A stretch of DNA of 64,000 bases from Escherichia phage vB_EcoM-fFiEco06: the sequence record NC_054914.1. The stretch is one strand, 5' to 3'. The translations under genes and the position numbers were made by a program. The notes below the pieces were generated by a model. It did not search any database and was not told the DNA's origin. It saw nothing but the letters and a program-made list of their open reading frames with translations. Every line of letters begins with the position of its first letter. Positions within the stretch are counted from its first letter, which is position 1. Of the stretch, positions 19,946-30,499 are shown piece by piece.

Positions 19946-21372
19946 TAAAATTTTAATTCATTTGCCAAAGCATCTAACTGAGCTCGAGCGGATTCGTTTC
20001 TTTGATAGCGATTCTGTTCAGCCTGAATTTGCTGTGAACCTGCTACTTCGTTCACTTCAGTTGGAGTAGAATCTTGTTCAATTTCTACCCATTTCTGATT
20101 TCCTTTTTGAACACCCATCAAAAACTTATTCCATTTATTCTTATCACCGTATCGTGATTTGATTTGCTTAATGAGTTGTTGTTCAGCAGCTGCTAGCTCC
20201 TCGGTTTCAATGACCGCAAGCATAAAATCAGCTGTTGCTGGAAGACCGGCAGATTCTGCAATATCGCTCATGTTAACATCAGAAGAATCCCAAGCTTGTT
20301 TACCAACCTGTGCTGCAGTCCAAAGAACAGTTTCGGTTTCAACAGCAAGAGCACGTAATTCCTCTGCAATGGCTTTAACAGTTGTGTAACTATTTTCTGA
20401 GTAAACTCTAATGCGGCAAGATTTACAAATACCCAGATAGTCGACAATAATGATTGTTGGAACAAAATTCTTCTTGAGCTTTAATTCGTTTAAAAGCGAT
20501 CGAAATGTATTAGCATCTGCTCCACCAGTAGGATACTGTTTAACTATTAAACGACCGAGAGTAGATTTCTCGCGCCATTTTTCCATTTTTCCTTTATACT
20601 CAGCGTAAGAAATATGCCCGTCATCAATGTCATCAAGAGAAACATCAAGCATATTAGCATCAATACGCTTAGCACAGACTTCTTCTGCCATTTCCATGGA
20701 AATGTAAAGAACATTATGTCCGAGCTGCAAATAATCTGCTGCCAATGAACACAGACCTAATGACTTACCGACGTTAACACCAGCCATTAAAACGTTCAGT
20801 GTTCCAGTTTCAGCTCCACCTTTAGTAATTTTATTTAGAATTTTGAGTCTAAATGGAACCTTACGAGCTTTATTCATATAAGATAGCCAACGTGCTTCGT
20901 AGTCATCCATCCAATCATGACCAACGTAACTATCAAATGAAATTGATAATGCTTGGCGCATGATGTCAGGAATAGCACCTACATCTGGCATTTTCTTATT
21001 TCGTTTTTCCGGAGGAAGCTCAGCATTAGTTTGAATTTCGATTATTTTAGACGTAGCATTAAACATCGCCCTTTGCTGAACATATTTTTCTGTTTCTTTT
21101 ATTAACCAACTGTGGTCTTCCGGAGAATCAGCCAGTTTTGAAATAAGTGTTTTTACACCAGAATATTCTGTTTCAGTAAATGAACTATTTTCTAATGCAA
21201 CATTTAACGCATTAATAGATGGAACGCTATGATACTCATTAACATGAGATTTAATTAATTTGAATGTATTTTTAGCTGGACCACTTTCAAAATATTCTGA
21301 ATCCATATATGGCCAAACTTTTGAAAAATAAGCTTGATCAAATATGAGATGAGAAAGAATAATTTCTACCAC
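19945..21372 (-). CDS. 41: replicative DNA helicase (DnaB-like)
   Basis: 475 aa; Walker A GVNVGKS; recalled as T4 gp41; track start codon is GTG. Confidence 0.9.
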   Translation of the reverse strand: MVEIILSHLIFDQAYFSKVWPYMDSEYFESGPAKNTFKLIKSHVNEYHSVPSINALNVALENSSFTETEYSGVKTLISKLADSPEDHSWLIKETEKYVQQRAMFNATSKIIEIQTNAELPPEKRNKKMPDVGAIPDIMRQALSISFDSYVGHDWMDDYEARWLSYMNKARKVPFRLKILNKITKGGAETGTLNVLMAGVNVGKSLGLCSLAADYLQLGHNVLYISMEMAEEVCAKRIDANMLDVSLDDIDDGHISYAEYKGKMEKWREKSTLGRLIVKQYPTGGADANTFRSLLNELKLKKNFVPTIIIVDYLGICKSCRIRVYSENSYTTVKAIAEELRALAVETETVLWTAAQVGKQAWDSSDVNMSDIAESAGLPATADFMLAVIETEELAAAEQQLIKQIKSRYGDKNKWNKFLMGVQKGNQKWVEIEQDSTPTEVNEVAGSQQIQAEQNRYQRNESARAQLDALANELKF

Positions 21373-21381
21373 ACTTACTCC

Positions 21382-21744
21382 TTAAAAGAATTTAAACTTT
21401 TTCTTTGACCTTTTATTGAATGCATCTTGCAGTTGCATTGTAATACATTTTTCTACATGAGGAGCTAACTCAGCTTTTCTTTCTTGGTCAAGAACAGCAA
21501 AGTCCATTACAACCTTTCCATCAACCCAATCCAGTTTAGTTACATACACTATATGTGTAGAACCATCTTCTAGTTTAATGACAATCTCCTGGATAACATT
21601 TTCCATAGCGGATTTAATTATCTTAAGAGACTCATTAAAAAGACGTTCTTTTCTTTCTTCTTCCCCCTCCGAAGAGGGGGATTCATCGATAATTTCTAGA
21701 TCTAAATCTAAATCATCTTTATTCATTAAATTCTTCCATATCAC
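21382..21744 (-). CDS. 40: hypothetical protein (gene 40 position)
   Basis: 120 aa acidic ORF between uvsX and 41; symbol by position. Confidence 0.5.
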   Translation of the reverse strand: MIWKNLMNKDDLDLDLEIIDESPSSEGEEERKERLFNESLKIIKSAMENVIQEIVIKLEDGSTHIVYVTKLDWVDGKVVMDFAVLDQERKAELAPHVEKCITMQLQDAFNKRSKKKFKFF

Positions 21745-22900
21745 TTAACTGTTCGAGGTCAGTTTCTAAATCAGCTGCTGATTTACTTTTACTTTCTGGA
21801 GATTTAAATTTTTCAACCTTTGAGTTAATCAATTCATCAACTTCAGCTTCAACAATTTCATTACTATCAATAGCACCTAACTGATAAGCACGTTTAATAG
21901 CATCTCGGAATGGTTGATGCTTAAATAAAGGACCCCAGAATGTAGTACAGTTAGTATCTTTTGCACGCCAAGATTTTTCTTCGCGAATCATCTCGCCGGT
22001 TTCTTCGTCAAGAAATTCACGAGCATACCAGCCATTTTTTGGTTTTACTACAAATCCTAATTCTAGAGCCATATCTAACAATCCAGAATAAGGATCGATA
22101 CCACCGTCAAATTTAACATCAATAAAGAATTTACTTTTTTCTTTAACGGTACGAGATTTTTCTACATTTAGAACAAATTGATACCCCTGAAGATCAGAAC
22201 CATCTTTAATCTGGCGCTTACCGATAATGAATACAGTATCAGCCGAATACATTACGCCTGTACCACCTGTCATCACGGTTTTACTAAACATTTCAATTGT
22301 TTCAATTGTATGGTTAACCGCAACACATGGAATATTTTTAATGCTAAAATAAGGAGTAACAATACGGAATAATGACTTCAGTGATTTAGCACGAGTCATA
22401 TCTGCCACAGATTTTTCATTCAAGGCATCTTCCGTTTCTTTCTTGGAAGCCATATTACCAATTGAGTCGATGAATACAATAACCTTTTCACCACGCTCAA
22501 TAGCTTCAAGCTGATTCACCATATCAATTTTCAGTTGTTCAACTGACTGGATTGGTGTATGAATTACTCGTTCCGGGTCAACTCCCATGGATCGCAAATA
22601 AGCTGGAGTAATACCAAATTCGCTATCATAGAATAGACAAACCGCGTCAGGATATTTGTTTAAATATGCCGCAACCATAGTCAAAGACATATTTGATTTA
22701 AAGTGTTTAGAAGGCCCTGCGAAAATAGTTAAACCAGACTGCATACCGCCATCAATCGCACCAGAAATAGCAATATTAAGCATTGGGATTTTTGTACGGA
22801 TTACATCCTTTTCATTAAAGAATTTAGATGTAGTCAGTTCAGCAGTCATTTTAGAAGTGGAAGCTTTAATCAAACGGGATTTTAAATCTGCAATAGACAT
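21719..22900 (-). CDS. uvsX: UvsX RecA-like recombinase
   Basis: 393 aa; RecA fold Walker A GPSKHFKS; recalled as T4 UvsX. Confidence 0.9.
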   Translation of the reverse strand: MSIADLKSRLIKASTSKMTAELTTSKFFNEKDVIRTKIPMLNIAISGAIDGGMQSGLTIFAGPSKHFKSNMSLTMVAAYLNKYPDAVCLFYDSEFGITPAYLRSMGVDPERVIHTPIQSVEQLKIDMVNQLEAIERGEKVIVFIDSIGNMASKKETEDALNEKSVADMTRAKSLKSLFRIVTPYFSIKNIPCVAVNHTIETIEMFSKTVMTGGTGVMYSADTVFIIGKRQIKDGSDLQGYQFVLNVEKSRTVKEKSKFFIDVKFDGGIDPYSGLLDMALELGFVVKPKNGWYAREFLDEETGEMIREEKSWRAKDTNCTTFWGPLFKHQPFRDAIKRAYQLGAIDSNEIVEAEVDELINSKVEKFKSPESKSKSAADLETDLEQLSDMEEFNE

Positions 22901-22977
22901 TCATTTTTTCCATAGGCATCATTATATTTTCCTCACTGGTTAAAGATAGAGTAATTATAACACAATAAATTTAGGCA

Positions 22978-23826
22978 TTAATCAACTGCTATTGGATGAA
23001 TAGCATTAAACTTATGAAATGCTTCTGATTTTTCTTTACGCGAAACGCACATGCGAAGAACCTTTAATGGCTCGTCTTCTTCACCCAACGATTTTCGTTT
23101 TTCAATATTAGAAGTTTTCCAACGAGCTTGCTCTGGAAACTCTCTATTGATTTGCTCAAGCGCTCTATTATGTTTAGAATTACTACGAATTGAACTACAC
23201 CCGCCAGGAGCTTGTGCTTTTCCAGATACAACTAGATATTTGAACAAGGCCAAATGCGGATAACCTTGATTAATTAAATTGAGAAATGCATACATATCTT
23301 CGCATAAATCAATTTTTCCATACCCAATTTGTTCTGTCGTAAGTTTTCCGAGGTCATACCATGTATTCGTGAATCCATATGAATTTTCACGATAATTACC
23401 CCAAGATGAAGTAATTTTAAAAATTGGTAGACGAGCATGACCGTGATAATACCCGCAATCCATGGCATCTTCAACATATTGAATCAATTCATAGAACTGT
23501 TCACGAGTTAATTGATTAATTTTATCTACGCGCCGTTTATCGTCTCTCTTTCGTATTGAACTCATACGGATAGTAGTATCATCGTCAATCATCCAGATTC
23601 GTTGACCTGCATACATATCAGTAATTGCTTTACGAGTACCGGCAATTCCATTAACATCATCAGGAATAGTTACAATTTTAGCTCTAGACCCATAGGCATC
23701 ATAATAAGCTTTTTCTTCGTGTTCACGCACTATAATATGCGGTTCATAATCAGTCGGAAACATATCAAGGGCAGAAACTGCCCCGACACGTTGATAACTT
23801 GGAATTACGAATTGAATCATTTCCAC
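22978..23826 (-). CDS. GT-A-like glycosyltransferase, candidate beta-glucosyl-HMC-alpha-glucosyltransferase
   Basis: 282 aa; DDD (DxD-like) motif in IWMIDDDTTI; occupies the locus where T4 has beta-gt but is unrelated to it. Confidence 0.5.
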   Translation of the reverse strand: MEMIQFVIPSYQRVGAVSALDMFPTDYEPHIIVREHEEKAYYDAYGSRAKIVTIPDDVNGIAGTRKAITDMYAGQRIWMIDDDTTIRMSSIRKRDDKRRVDKINQLTREQFYELIQYVEDAMDCGYYHGHARLPIFKITSSWGNYRENSYGFTNTWYDLGKLTTEQIGYGKIDLCEDMYAFLNLINQGYPHLALFKYLVVSGKAQAPGGCSSIRSNSKHNRALEQINREFPEQARWKTSNIEKRKSLGEEDEPLKVLRMCVSRKEKSEAFHKFNAIHPIAVD

Positions 23827-24557
23827 TCACCTTTATAGTCTTTTTTCACAATATGAGTTTCGCCAGTATTCCACCAATGATCAACCAAATAAAAATGACG
23901 AGAATATACATGAAGACTTCCAACATTCCATATAATAGAACCTGCTTTATACTGACGAGTTGAATCGCCTGCATTCAAATCAGATACTAATTTATCTAAT
24001 ACGTATTTTTGCCATGCATAATCATTACGGAATCCGAAGACCACGTCATTTGAGCGCATGCTTACTACCGCATTGACTTTCTTATCACGAATCAAGTACT
24101 GTACTGTATTAGTACACATGAAATCTGACATACCATCTTTATTGTAGTCAAACTGCATAGATGGACGAGTATAAATCATGATACCACGTCGAGAATCAGG
24201 ATTTTGACCAAGTTCAGCTAAACACATATCATACTGGGCATAGTTATCTTCTGACCAGATAGCCCAACCATAATTCGAGTTAATTTCACCTTTAGAAGAT
24301 GCTACTTGTTGCCAAATCTTCGGTGTTTCACCCGGAATATCTTTAACGAACAAGCTCTTAGATTTATACCATTCAAGTTCACGCTGAATGTATTCATCAT
24401 TAAGAGCGCCAAAAATAAACGGTTCATCTGCTACAAATGATGCGCCAATAATTTCAATAGTTTTAACGCCAGTTTTATCAACTACGAAATCTTTTTCCTT
24501 TAATGCAAGCCCCAAATGAAGACGGATTTCTTCAACTGTCATAGAGTCACTAATCAT
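23817..24557 (-). CDS. 42: dCMP hydroxymethylase
   Basis: recalled as T4 gp42; ATG at 24557 gives 246 aa (MISDSM), track start 24578. Confidence 0.9.
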   Translation of the reverse strand: MISDSMTVEEIRLHLGLALKEKDFVVDKTGVKTIEIIGASFVADEPFIFGALNDEYIQRELEWYKSKSLFVKDIPGETPKIWQQVASSKGEINSNYGWAIWSEDNYAQYDMCLAELGQNPDSRRGIMIYTRPSMQFDYNKDGMSDFMCTNTVQYLIRDKKVNAVVSMRSNDVVFGFRNDYAWQKYVLDKLVSDLNAGDSTRQYKAGSIIWNVGSLHVYSRHFYLVDHWWNTGETHIVKKDYKGEWK

Positions 24558-24565
24558 TTTAAACC

Positions 24566-24715
24566 TCAATTGATACATTCATATTTAACTTGTAACAGTA
24601 ATAAACTCCAACCTAAAACAATAGTTGGAATCATAAGAGGAACCGTTACACTATAGTATATACTTATTATAACCATCAAGATTAAAAGCAATGCTGCTAT
24701 AATTTTGCTTTTCAT
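24566..24715 (-). CDS. small hydrophobic protein
   Basis: 49 aa ORF not in track; ATGA overlap with imm stop. Confidence 0.4.
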   Translation of the reverse strand: MKSKIIAALLLILMVIISIYYSVTVPLMIPTIVLGWSLLLLQVKYECIN

Positions 24716-24963
24716 TCCTTCTCTCTGATGATAATTACCTGATTTGGCTGCGCAGACTTTTTAGTTTCACCTGCAATTGACCAAATAAATGTAATAAACC
24801 AACCAATAATTGACCAGTTAAACAGTAAAGATGTGAAAAAGATTCCTACTGTTGATTTTGACCCACGCATCAAAGCAATAAACCATGGAAGCATGTATAT
24901 AATAATAGCCAACACACCCGAAACTAAAACCATAAAAATTGAACCTGCTACTAAAGTTTCCAT
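24712..24963 (-). CDS. imm: immunity to superinfection membrane protein
   Basis: 83 aa, two transmembrane helices; size and position match T4 Imm. Confidence 0.8.
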   Translation of the reverse strand: METLVAGSIFMVLVSGVLAIIIYMLPWFIALMRGSKSTVGIFFTSLLFNWSIIGWFITFIWSIAGETKKSAQPNQVIIIREKE

Positions 24964-24970
24964 GTTTTCC

Positions 24971-25351
24971 TCACTTAGTCAAATTTTTTACACATGAATT
25001 ATAAGAATTCACTACATACTCCATCGGAGCATTTTTACCTGTGCGCCATTGGTAATTATTAGCCCAATTTGCCCAAAGTTCAGCGCAGTAATTTTCAATT
25101 TTTTCTTCGCGTGTAATTACATCCGAATTACGATATGCTTGAGCGGATTCATCTGGACGAATAGCCTCGTCAAAATTCGCCTGCATTTGTTCGACTGTTT
25201 GCTTTGGAGCTTCTTTATAACACTTGACATTAGGATTATAAAATTTGCTTGAACAGTTTACAATTTTTCCTGCATCAGACTGATTTACTACCGGTCCTTG
25301 AGCTACACAACCAGTAAGACCTAATGCAATAACCAAAATAGCGATTTTCAT
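24971..25351 (-). CDS. putative lipoprotein
   Basis: 126 aa; signal peptide with lipobox LTGC. Confidence 0.6.
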   Translation of the reverse strand: MKIAILVIALGLTGCVAQGPVVNQSDAGKIVNCSSKFYNPNVKCYKEAPKQTVEQMQANFDEAIRPDESAQAYRNSDVITREEKIENYCAELWANWANNYQWRTGKNAPMEYVVNSYNSCVKNLTK

Positions 25352-25361
25352 AATAATTTCC

Positions 25362-25610
25362 TCAAATGCAAGTAGTAATTACTCCAGTAGTGCTTATGCA
25401 GGTATTACCCATTTGCACACCTAAAGATCCATTTGTATTCACATGAAGATTATCATCAATTTTAACTGATATTTTACCATTAGTGTGAATAACAGTGCTA
25501 GATTCAATCACAGGTTGAGTATCATTTTCAACACTAACAAATGGAACTGCTGCTAATGCAACTAAACAAACTGCTAAGCATCCCATAACAATTTTCATTT
25601 TATTCTCCAA
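25362..25610 (-). CDS. putative secreted protein
   Basis: 82 aa with N-terminal signal peptide. Confidence 0.55.
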   Translation of the reverse strand: MENKMKIVMGCLAVCLVALAAVPFVSVENDTQPVIESSTVIHTNGKISVKIDDNLHVNTNGSLGVQMGNTCISTTGVITTCI

Positions 25611-25632
25611 ATCCGTATTAGTTGATAGTTGT

Positions 25633-25662
25633 ATAGTACCACAGAGGAACAGTCTTGTAAAC
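25633..25662 (-). promoter_or_regulatory. early promoter inside a repeated promoter cassette
   Basis: GTTTAC-N18-TACTAT; surrounding 42 nt identical to 51338..51379. Confidence 0.6.
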
Positions 25663-25744
25663 AGTTTTGTGAAAAATTTTTAGGGAATTCTAAAGGTCCA
25701 GAATCATCTGTTTTTCATAAGTATAGATTTATATTACTTGTATG

Positions 25745-25767
25745 AAAAAGGGACCCGGAGGTCCCTA
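25745..25767 (-). terminator. rho-independent terminator after gene 43
   Basis: RNA GGGACC-UCCG-GGUCCC followed by UUUUU. Confidence 0.7.
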
Positions 25768-25778
25768 GATTTATTCTA

Positions 25779-28475
25779 TCAGCCAAACAGGAAGTCTAAC
25801 GAAGCTTTTTCTTCATAGTCCATACCAGCCGATTCACACATACCCGCAAGCGGTTTAACAAACGATTTTTGGAACAAAGTTGAGTAGTCAATCCAAGACA
25901 GTACGTCAGAACGAATTTCTTTTGGAAGTTCTGTACCCGATGGCCAAGCAATGCACTTATCACCAAATGGATTTCCTTCACGTAATGGAAGAACCATTAC
26001 TTTATTTCCATCCAAAATTGGAGCTACACCTAAACCGCTAACAGCTCGACGATAAGTTAGCACACCGCGAATATGGAACGGGCATTTAAATCCTGGCCAA
26101 CCTTTATCATCATATTTCGCTATATCGTTCGCAGTTTTTACTTCAGCAATAACTTTATAGTCAAGTTGACGATATTCTTTCTCGAAGTTCTTGTAGTATT
26201 CTTGGACAGACTCTTCACCTTCCTGAAGAATACGACGAATACTTTCTTCGAGAGCTTCTTGCACTGCTTTTGGTGTTGAACTCTGCTGAGTTTCCATACC
26301 CATGATTTTTAGATGTGGTTCAGCAAATCGCTTATCTTCCATATCATAAACGTTCAGAGCATAACGTTTTTTCGCTTTCCAAAATCCACCAACGCCCTTT
26401 GAACCAAGCGGAGGGCAAGAAATAGCTTCACGGTCCATATGCATCAGATGCTCGCGGTTATTCATATAATCACATAACTCACGATATGCAACATCAATCA
26501 TAGGTTCCATCTTTTTCTTACCGAACTGATTCATGAATTCAACTAAATCGTTCTGCTCTTTGAATCGGTCAAGACCAACTTTTTCAATAACTTTATCTAC
26601 ACAAACATATACCGAATCAGTATCACCTGCTGCAATGAAATCTTCACCATTAGTTCCGCATACTTTATTCAGATATTCATTAATTTTACGAGCAATCCAC
26701 TGAATACCGACTTGACCAAAAATTGTGATAGCAGTAGCATTTCGCAAATCATAGTAACGGAAATGAATATTACCAAGAGCACCATAAAGACTGTTAATGA
26801 GAATTTTACGGTTCAGCTGATTTGTGTTAGCAAGTGTAGCAGCTTTTTCACATTCCTCAATCAAACTATTGAGAACAGATTCAGTATAATTCGACAGTTC
26901 ATTTAAGAAATCATCACTGAACTTAACATATCGTTCAACTTCTGGTTTAGTTGAACAAGACCCTGCGCCTTTCATAATAATCTTTTTAATAGCTTCGGCA
27001 TTCATTTCTTCAGCGAACATTTTCTTTTTCCAATCTTTACGCTGGAAAAATACTTTAGCGATTTCCTTTGGAATGATACCTTCTTGATGCTTATCATACA
27101 TCCATCCATTCGGAGAACAAGAATATTCATCACTTGGTTTAGGAGCTGTTCCTGCGATATATTCATGAATTGGATGAACTTTAAACTGACCACGAATAGT
27201 TTCAGGACTAATGTTAACCTGACGAATAATGCTCGGATACAGAGACGTCAAGTCAAAACTCATAATATATCGACGAGCAATTGGTTTAGGTTCAAATACA
27301 AATGCACCCGGAAAACTCTGTTTAACATGCGAACCTTGCTGAGGAATAACCTTGTGTTCACCTTTCAATGAGTTAAAAATAATAGCATCCCAAGTTTTAA
27401 TAGGACTCATTACACCAGAAAAAGGCATTTTAGCATAATAAGACATACTTAAAACTAGATCGATAAACCCGCGAATTTTATCAATTGCTTGAACTGATTC
27501 TACGTCAATGATGTTATAACTAATGTATCGTTGATGATTAGTCTCACGGAGTTTATTAATAGGACCGTCGTATGGTAATTTACCTTTTTTGGTTTCATGT
27601 TGAGCAACTGATTCCAAAGAGAATGACGGCAAATTAGTAAAAGCAAATTTCTTGTACAAATCTAAATAATCAAGAATAGATACGCCATCAATAGAATAAA
27701 TTTCTTTGCTACCGTACATATTTTGAATTAGTTTAGATTTTACCCGACCGATTGGAGAGAAGCGTTTCATACTACGTTCACCGAGAACCATTTTAACGCG
27801 ATTCATGATATACGGAACGTCAAATCCCTCAATATTCCAACCAGTAAAAATAGCAGGTCGTTTCTGTTCCCAAAGATTGATATATTCCATGAGCATATCA
27901 CGCTCATTATCGAATGGCATATAAATTACTCGGTCAAGAATTTCCTGAGGAACTTCATCACCACCTTCACAGTCAAGCTTAGCAGCTAACTTTGCATCCC
28001 ATTTTGATACTGAACCATACATTGAATTCAAAAGGTCGAAAACATAAAAACGATCGTCAATTGAATCATAATGAGTGATAGCATCAATTTCATATTCAGC
28101 TTTCATTGGGTCAGGAAATTTATCACCAGTAACCTCAATGTCACAGTTAGCTACACGAACAAATTTTCGGTCATAAACAATTTCTGAACCATATGTATCA
28201 CTGATATAAGCGAGTTTAAAATCGTTCATACCGAGAGCTTCGAGACCGATGTCTTCCATTCGCTTCATCCAATCTCGAGCATCTTTCATTGATGGAAATT
28301 TTTGAGGAGCGCAATTTTTACCATAGATGTCTTTGTACTTTGACTCTTCCTTACAATGCCTAAACATAGTTGGAAGATATTCTACTTCACGAGTACGTTC
28401 CTTTCCGTTTTCATCAATATAACGTTCAACAATGTTATTTCCGACTGTTTCAATAGAGATATAAAATTCTTTCAT
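25779..28475 (-). CDS. 43: DNA polymerase (family B)
   Basis: 898 aa; polymerase motifs DxxSLYPS and YGDTDS; recalled as T4 gp43. Confidence 0.95.
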   Translation of the reverse strand: MKEFYISIETVGNNIVERYIDENGKERTREVEYLPTMFRHCKEESKYKDIYGKNCAPQKFPSMKDARDWMKRMEDIGLEALGMNDFKLAYISDTYGSEIVYDRKFVRVANCDIEVTGDKFPDPMKAEYEIDAITHYDSIDDRFYVFDLLNSMYGSVSKWDAKLAAKLDCEGGDEVPQEILDRVIYMPFDNERDMLMEYINLWEQKRPAIFTGWNIEGFDVPYIMNRVKMVLGERSMKRFSPIGRVKSKLIQNMYGSKEIYSIDGVSILDYLDLYKKFAFTNLPSFSLESVAQHETKKGKLPYDGPINKLRETNHQRYISYNIIDVESVQAIDKIRGFIDLVLSMSYYAKMPFSGVMSPIKTWDAIIFNSLKGEHKVIPQQGSHVKQSFPGAFVFEPKPIARRYIMSFDLTSLYPSIIRQVNISPETIRGQFKVHPIHEYIAGTAPKPSDEYSCSPNGWMYDKHQEGIIPKEIAKVFFQRKDWKKKMFAEEMNAEAIKKIIMKGAGSCSTKPEVERYVKFSDDFLNELSNYTESVLNSLIEECEKAATLANTNQLNRKILINSLYGALGNIHFRYYDLRNATAITIFGQVGIQWIARKINEYLNKVCGTNGEDFIAAGDTDSVYVCVDKVIEKVGLDRFKEQNDLVEFMNQFGKKKMEPMIDVAYRELCDYMNNREHLMHMDREAISCPPLGSKGVGGFWKAKKRYALNVYDMEDKRFAEPHLKIMGMETQQSSTPKAVQEALEESIRRILQEGEESVQEYYKNFEKEYRQLDYKVIAEVKTANDIAKYDDKGWPGFKCPFHIRGVLTYRRAVSGLGVAPILDGNKVMVLPLREGNPFGDKCIAWPSGTELPKEIRSDVLSWIDYSTLFQKSFVKPLAGMCESAGMDYEEKASLDFLFG

Positions 28476-28533
28476 AGATATTCCTTAGTTTATAGCCCGA
28501 GTTATTAGGCTCTTGATATATTATACTCCAAAT

Positions 28534-28551
28534 AAGGGGCCGAAGCCCCTT
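28534..28551 (-). terminator. C(UUCG)G hairpin after regA
   Basis: RNA AAGGGGC-UUCG-GCCCCUU; weak U tract. Confidence 0.45.
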
Positions 28552-28553
28552 GC

Positions 28554-28922
28554 TTAATTACCAATCGTATATTTAGGAACGAGTTTCCATTCATGTTTTT
28601 GTTTAAAAGAAATAACTCGGAAGTTATTAGTTAAATCTTTCATAAAAGTTCTTTGACCAGGAACGATTTCAATCAGTCCCCAATCTTCTAATAGCCATGC
28701 AATCGAATCACGACGAACTTCATCTTCTTCTGTCATTTCAACTTGGCGACCATCCATACGAAGCATTTCTTTAAAATGAACGATATAATATAGTCCTTTT
28801 TTCTGAAGAATATGACAGGACTGATACAGAACTTTATCTTTATTATTAGCAATTCCCATACGAGTCAAAGTTTCTTTTACTTTCAGAAAATCTTCAGGTT
28901 TTTTAAGAGTAATTTCAATCAT
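28554..28922 (-). CDS. regA: RegA translational repressor
   Basis: 122 aa; recalled as T4 RegA. Confidence 0.9.
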   Translation of the reverse strand: MIEITLKKPEDFLKVKETLTRMGIANNKDKVLYQSCHILQKKGLYYIVHFKEMLRMDGRQVEMTEEDEVRRDSIAWLLEDWGLIEIVPGQRTFMKDLTNNFRVISFKQKHEWKLVPKYTIGN

Positions 28923-28923
28923 T

Positions 28924-29487
28924 TTACCATTCCAATGCTAGTTTTTTGAGTTGTTTCTGTTCTTTTACGTTCTTAGTCACTTCTTTCAAAAAATCATCCG
29001 TGACTAAACCTTTTAGTTCTTTTAATACTAAAGGAAGTTTTCCATTTTTAGTAAGAATTGATTTATAGTTAATTGCATCATTTGTATTAACTTGATACCG
29101 CTTAGCAAGTAACTTAATAATCAATACTTCGGTGGAATCTTCAACCAGTTTTGCCCATTTACCATATCTTTTACCACGAGGAACTGCAGCCATTAGATAA
29201 TTAAAATGAGCTTCATCACTTAATCCAGAACCGATTAAATTCATAGCATATACAGCTGGCATGCACTCTGGAAATTGTGATAATGCATTTTCAACCATGA
29301 ATTTTGAATAATCTTTTTGAGCAATAGAGCATTTAGTTTTATTATTAATAGCTCCAATTATTTCAAAAAATTCATTTTCAGCTTTTTCTTTAAAAGAATC
29401 AGCAGCGGATTGGACAGCTGTCCAATCTTTTGAATACCAAGCAACTTGATGCTCGTTTAATTGAATATCATCTTCAAATAAGCTCAT
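28924..29487 (-). CDS. 62: clamp loader small subunit
   Basis: 187 aa; size and position match T4 gp62. Confidence 0.85.
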   Translation of the reverse strand: MSLFEDDIQLNEHQVAWYSKDWTAVQSAADSFKEKAENEFFEIIGAINNKTKCSIAQKDYSKFMVENALSQFPECMPAVYAMNLIGSGLSDEAHFNYLMAAVPRGKRYGKWAKLVEDSTEVLIIKLLAKRYQVNTNDAINYKSILTKNGKLPLVLKELKGLVTDDFLKEVTKNVKEQKQLKKLALEW

Positions 29488-29488
29488 A

Positions 29489-30448
29489 TCACTTCCACTG
29501 CATTTCGCATGCTAATTGAATGAAAAGATAAGCTAAATGCAATTCAGTATTAGCTGCAATACCATGATACTGATTATTTTCGCCTACAATTTCGTACATA
29601 CGAATAATACTCTGCGGAGTTACACGTGAATAGATTTCTTCGGCAAGTTTACCAACGAACCACGAATAATCAGCTGCATATTTTGGTGCTAAAGCTCTGA
29701 GTTGTTTAACATCTTTATTTTTGAGAGACTCAAGAACATCATCAATAGCACCACGATCGTTAGTAACCAGTGATAAAATACCAGCATCCAAAACACCTTT
29801 AGATGAATAACTATCGAGCTCGCCAATAGTTTTACGAAAATCAGGAAAATTCTTTTTAACCAAAGCTGCTACAACTTTCATATCAGCTATAGCAATTCCT
29901 TCATGCTTACAGATTTCAGTCAATCGACGAATCATCTGCTTCATCATTTCAATTTTATCTTCATCGGTCGGTTGACCGAACGTAATAACTCGGCAGCGTG
30001 ACTGAAGTGGTTTAATAATACCATCAATATTGTTAGCAGTAATAATAATACTACAGTTTGAACTATAAGCTTCCATAAAGGAACGAAGATGTCGCTGAGA
30101 TTCTGCTAAACCTGAACGGTCAAATTCATCAATAACGATTACTTTTTGACGACCATCAAATGAAGCGGCGCTGGCAAAATTAGTCAAAGGACCACGAACG
30201 AAATCAATTTTACAATCTGAACCATTCACAAACATCATATCAGCATTTACATCATGACACAATGCTTTTGCTACAGTTGTTTTACCTGTTCCTGGAGAAG
30301 GAGAATGAAGAATAATATGTGGAATCTTACCTTTACTTGTAATAGATTTAAAGGTTTCTTTATCAAAGGCGGGAAGAATACATTCATCGATAGTAGATGG
30401 ACGATATTTCTGTTCAAGAATGTGTTCTTTTTCATTTACGGTAATCAT
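29489..30448 (-). CDS. 44: clamp loader ATPase subunit (AAA+)
   Basis: Walker A SPGTGKTT; ATG at 30448 gives 319 aa, track start 30463 is TTG. Confidence 0.9.
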
Positions 30449-30481
30449 AATTTCCTCATTCAAGTTTTAGTGTAAATTATA

Positions 30482-30496
30482 AAGGGCCGAAGCCCT
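30482..30496 (-). other. C(UUCG)G hairpin in the 45-44 intercistronic region
   Basis: RNA AGGGC-UUCG-GCCCU; no U tract. Confidence 0.45.
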
Positions 30497-30499
30497 CTA

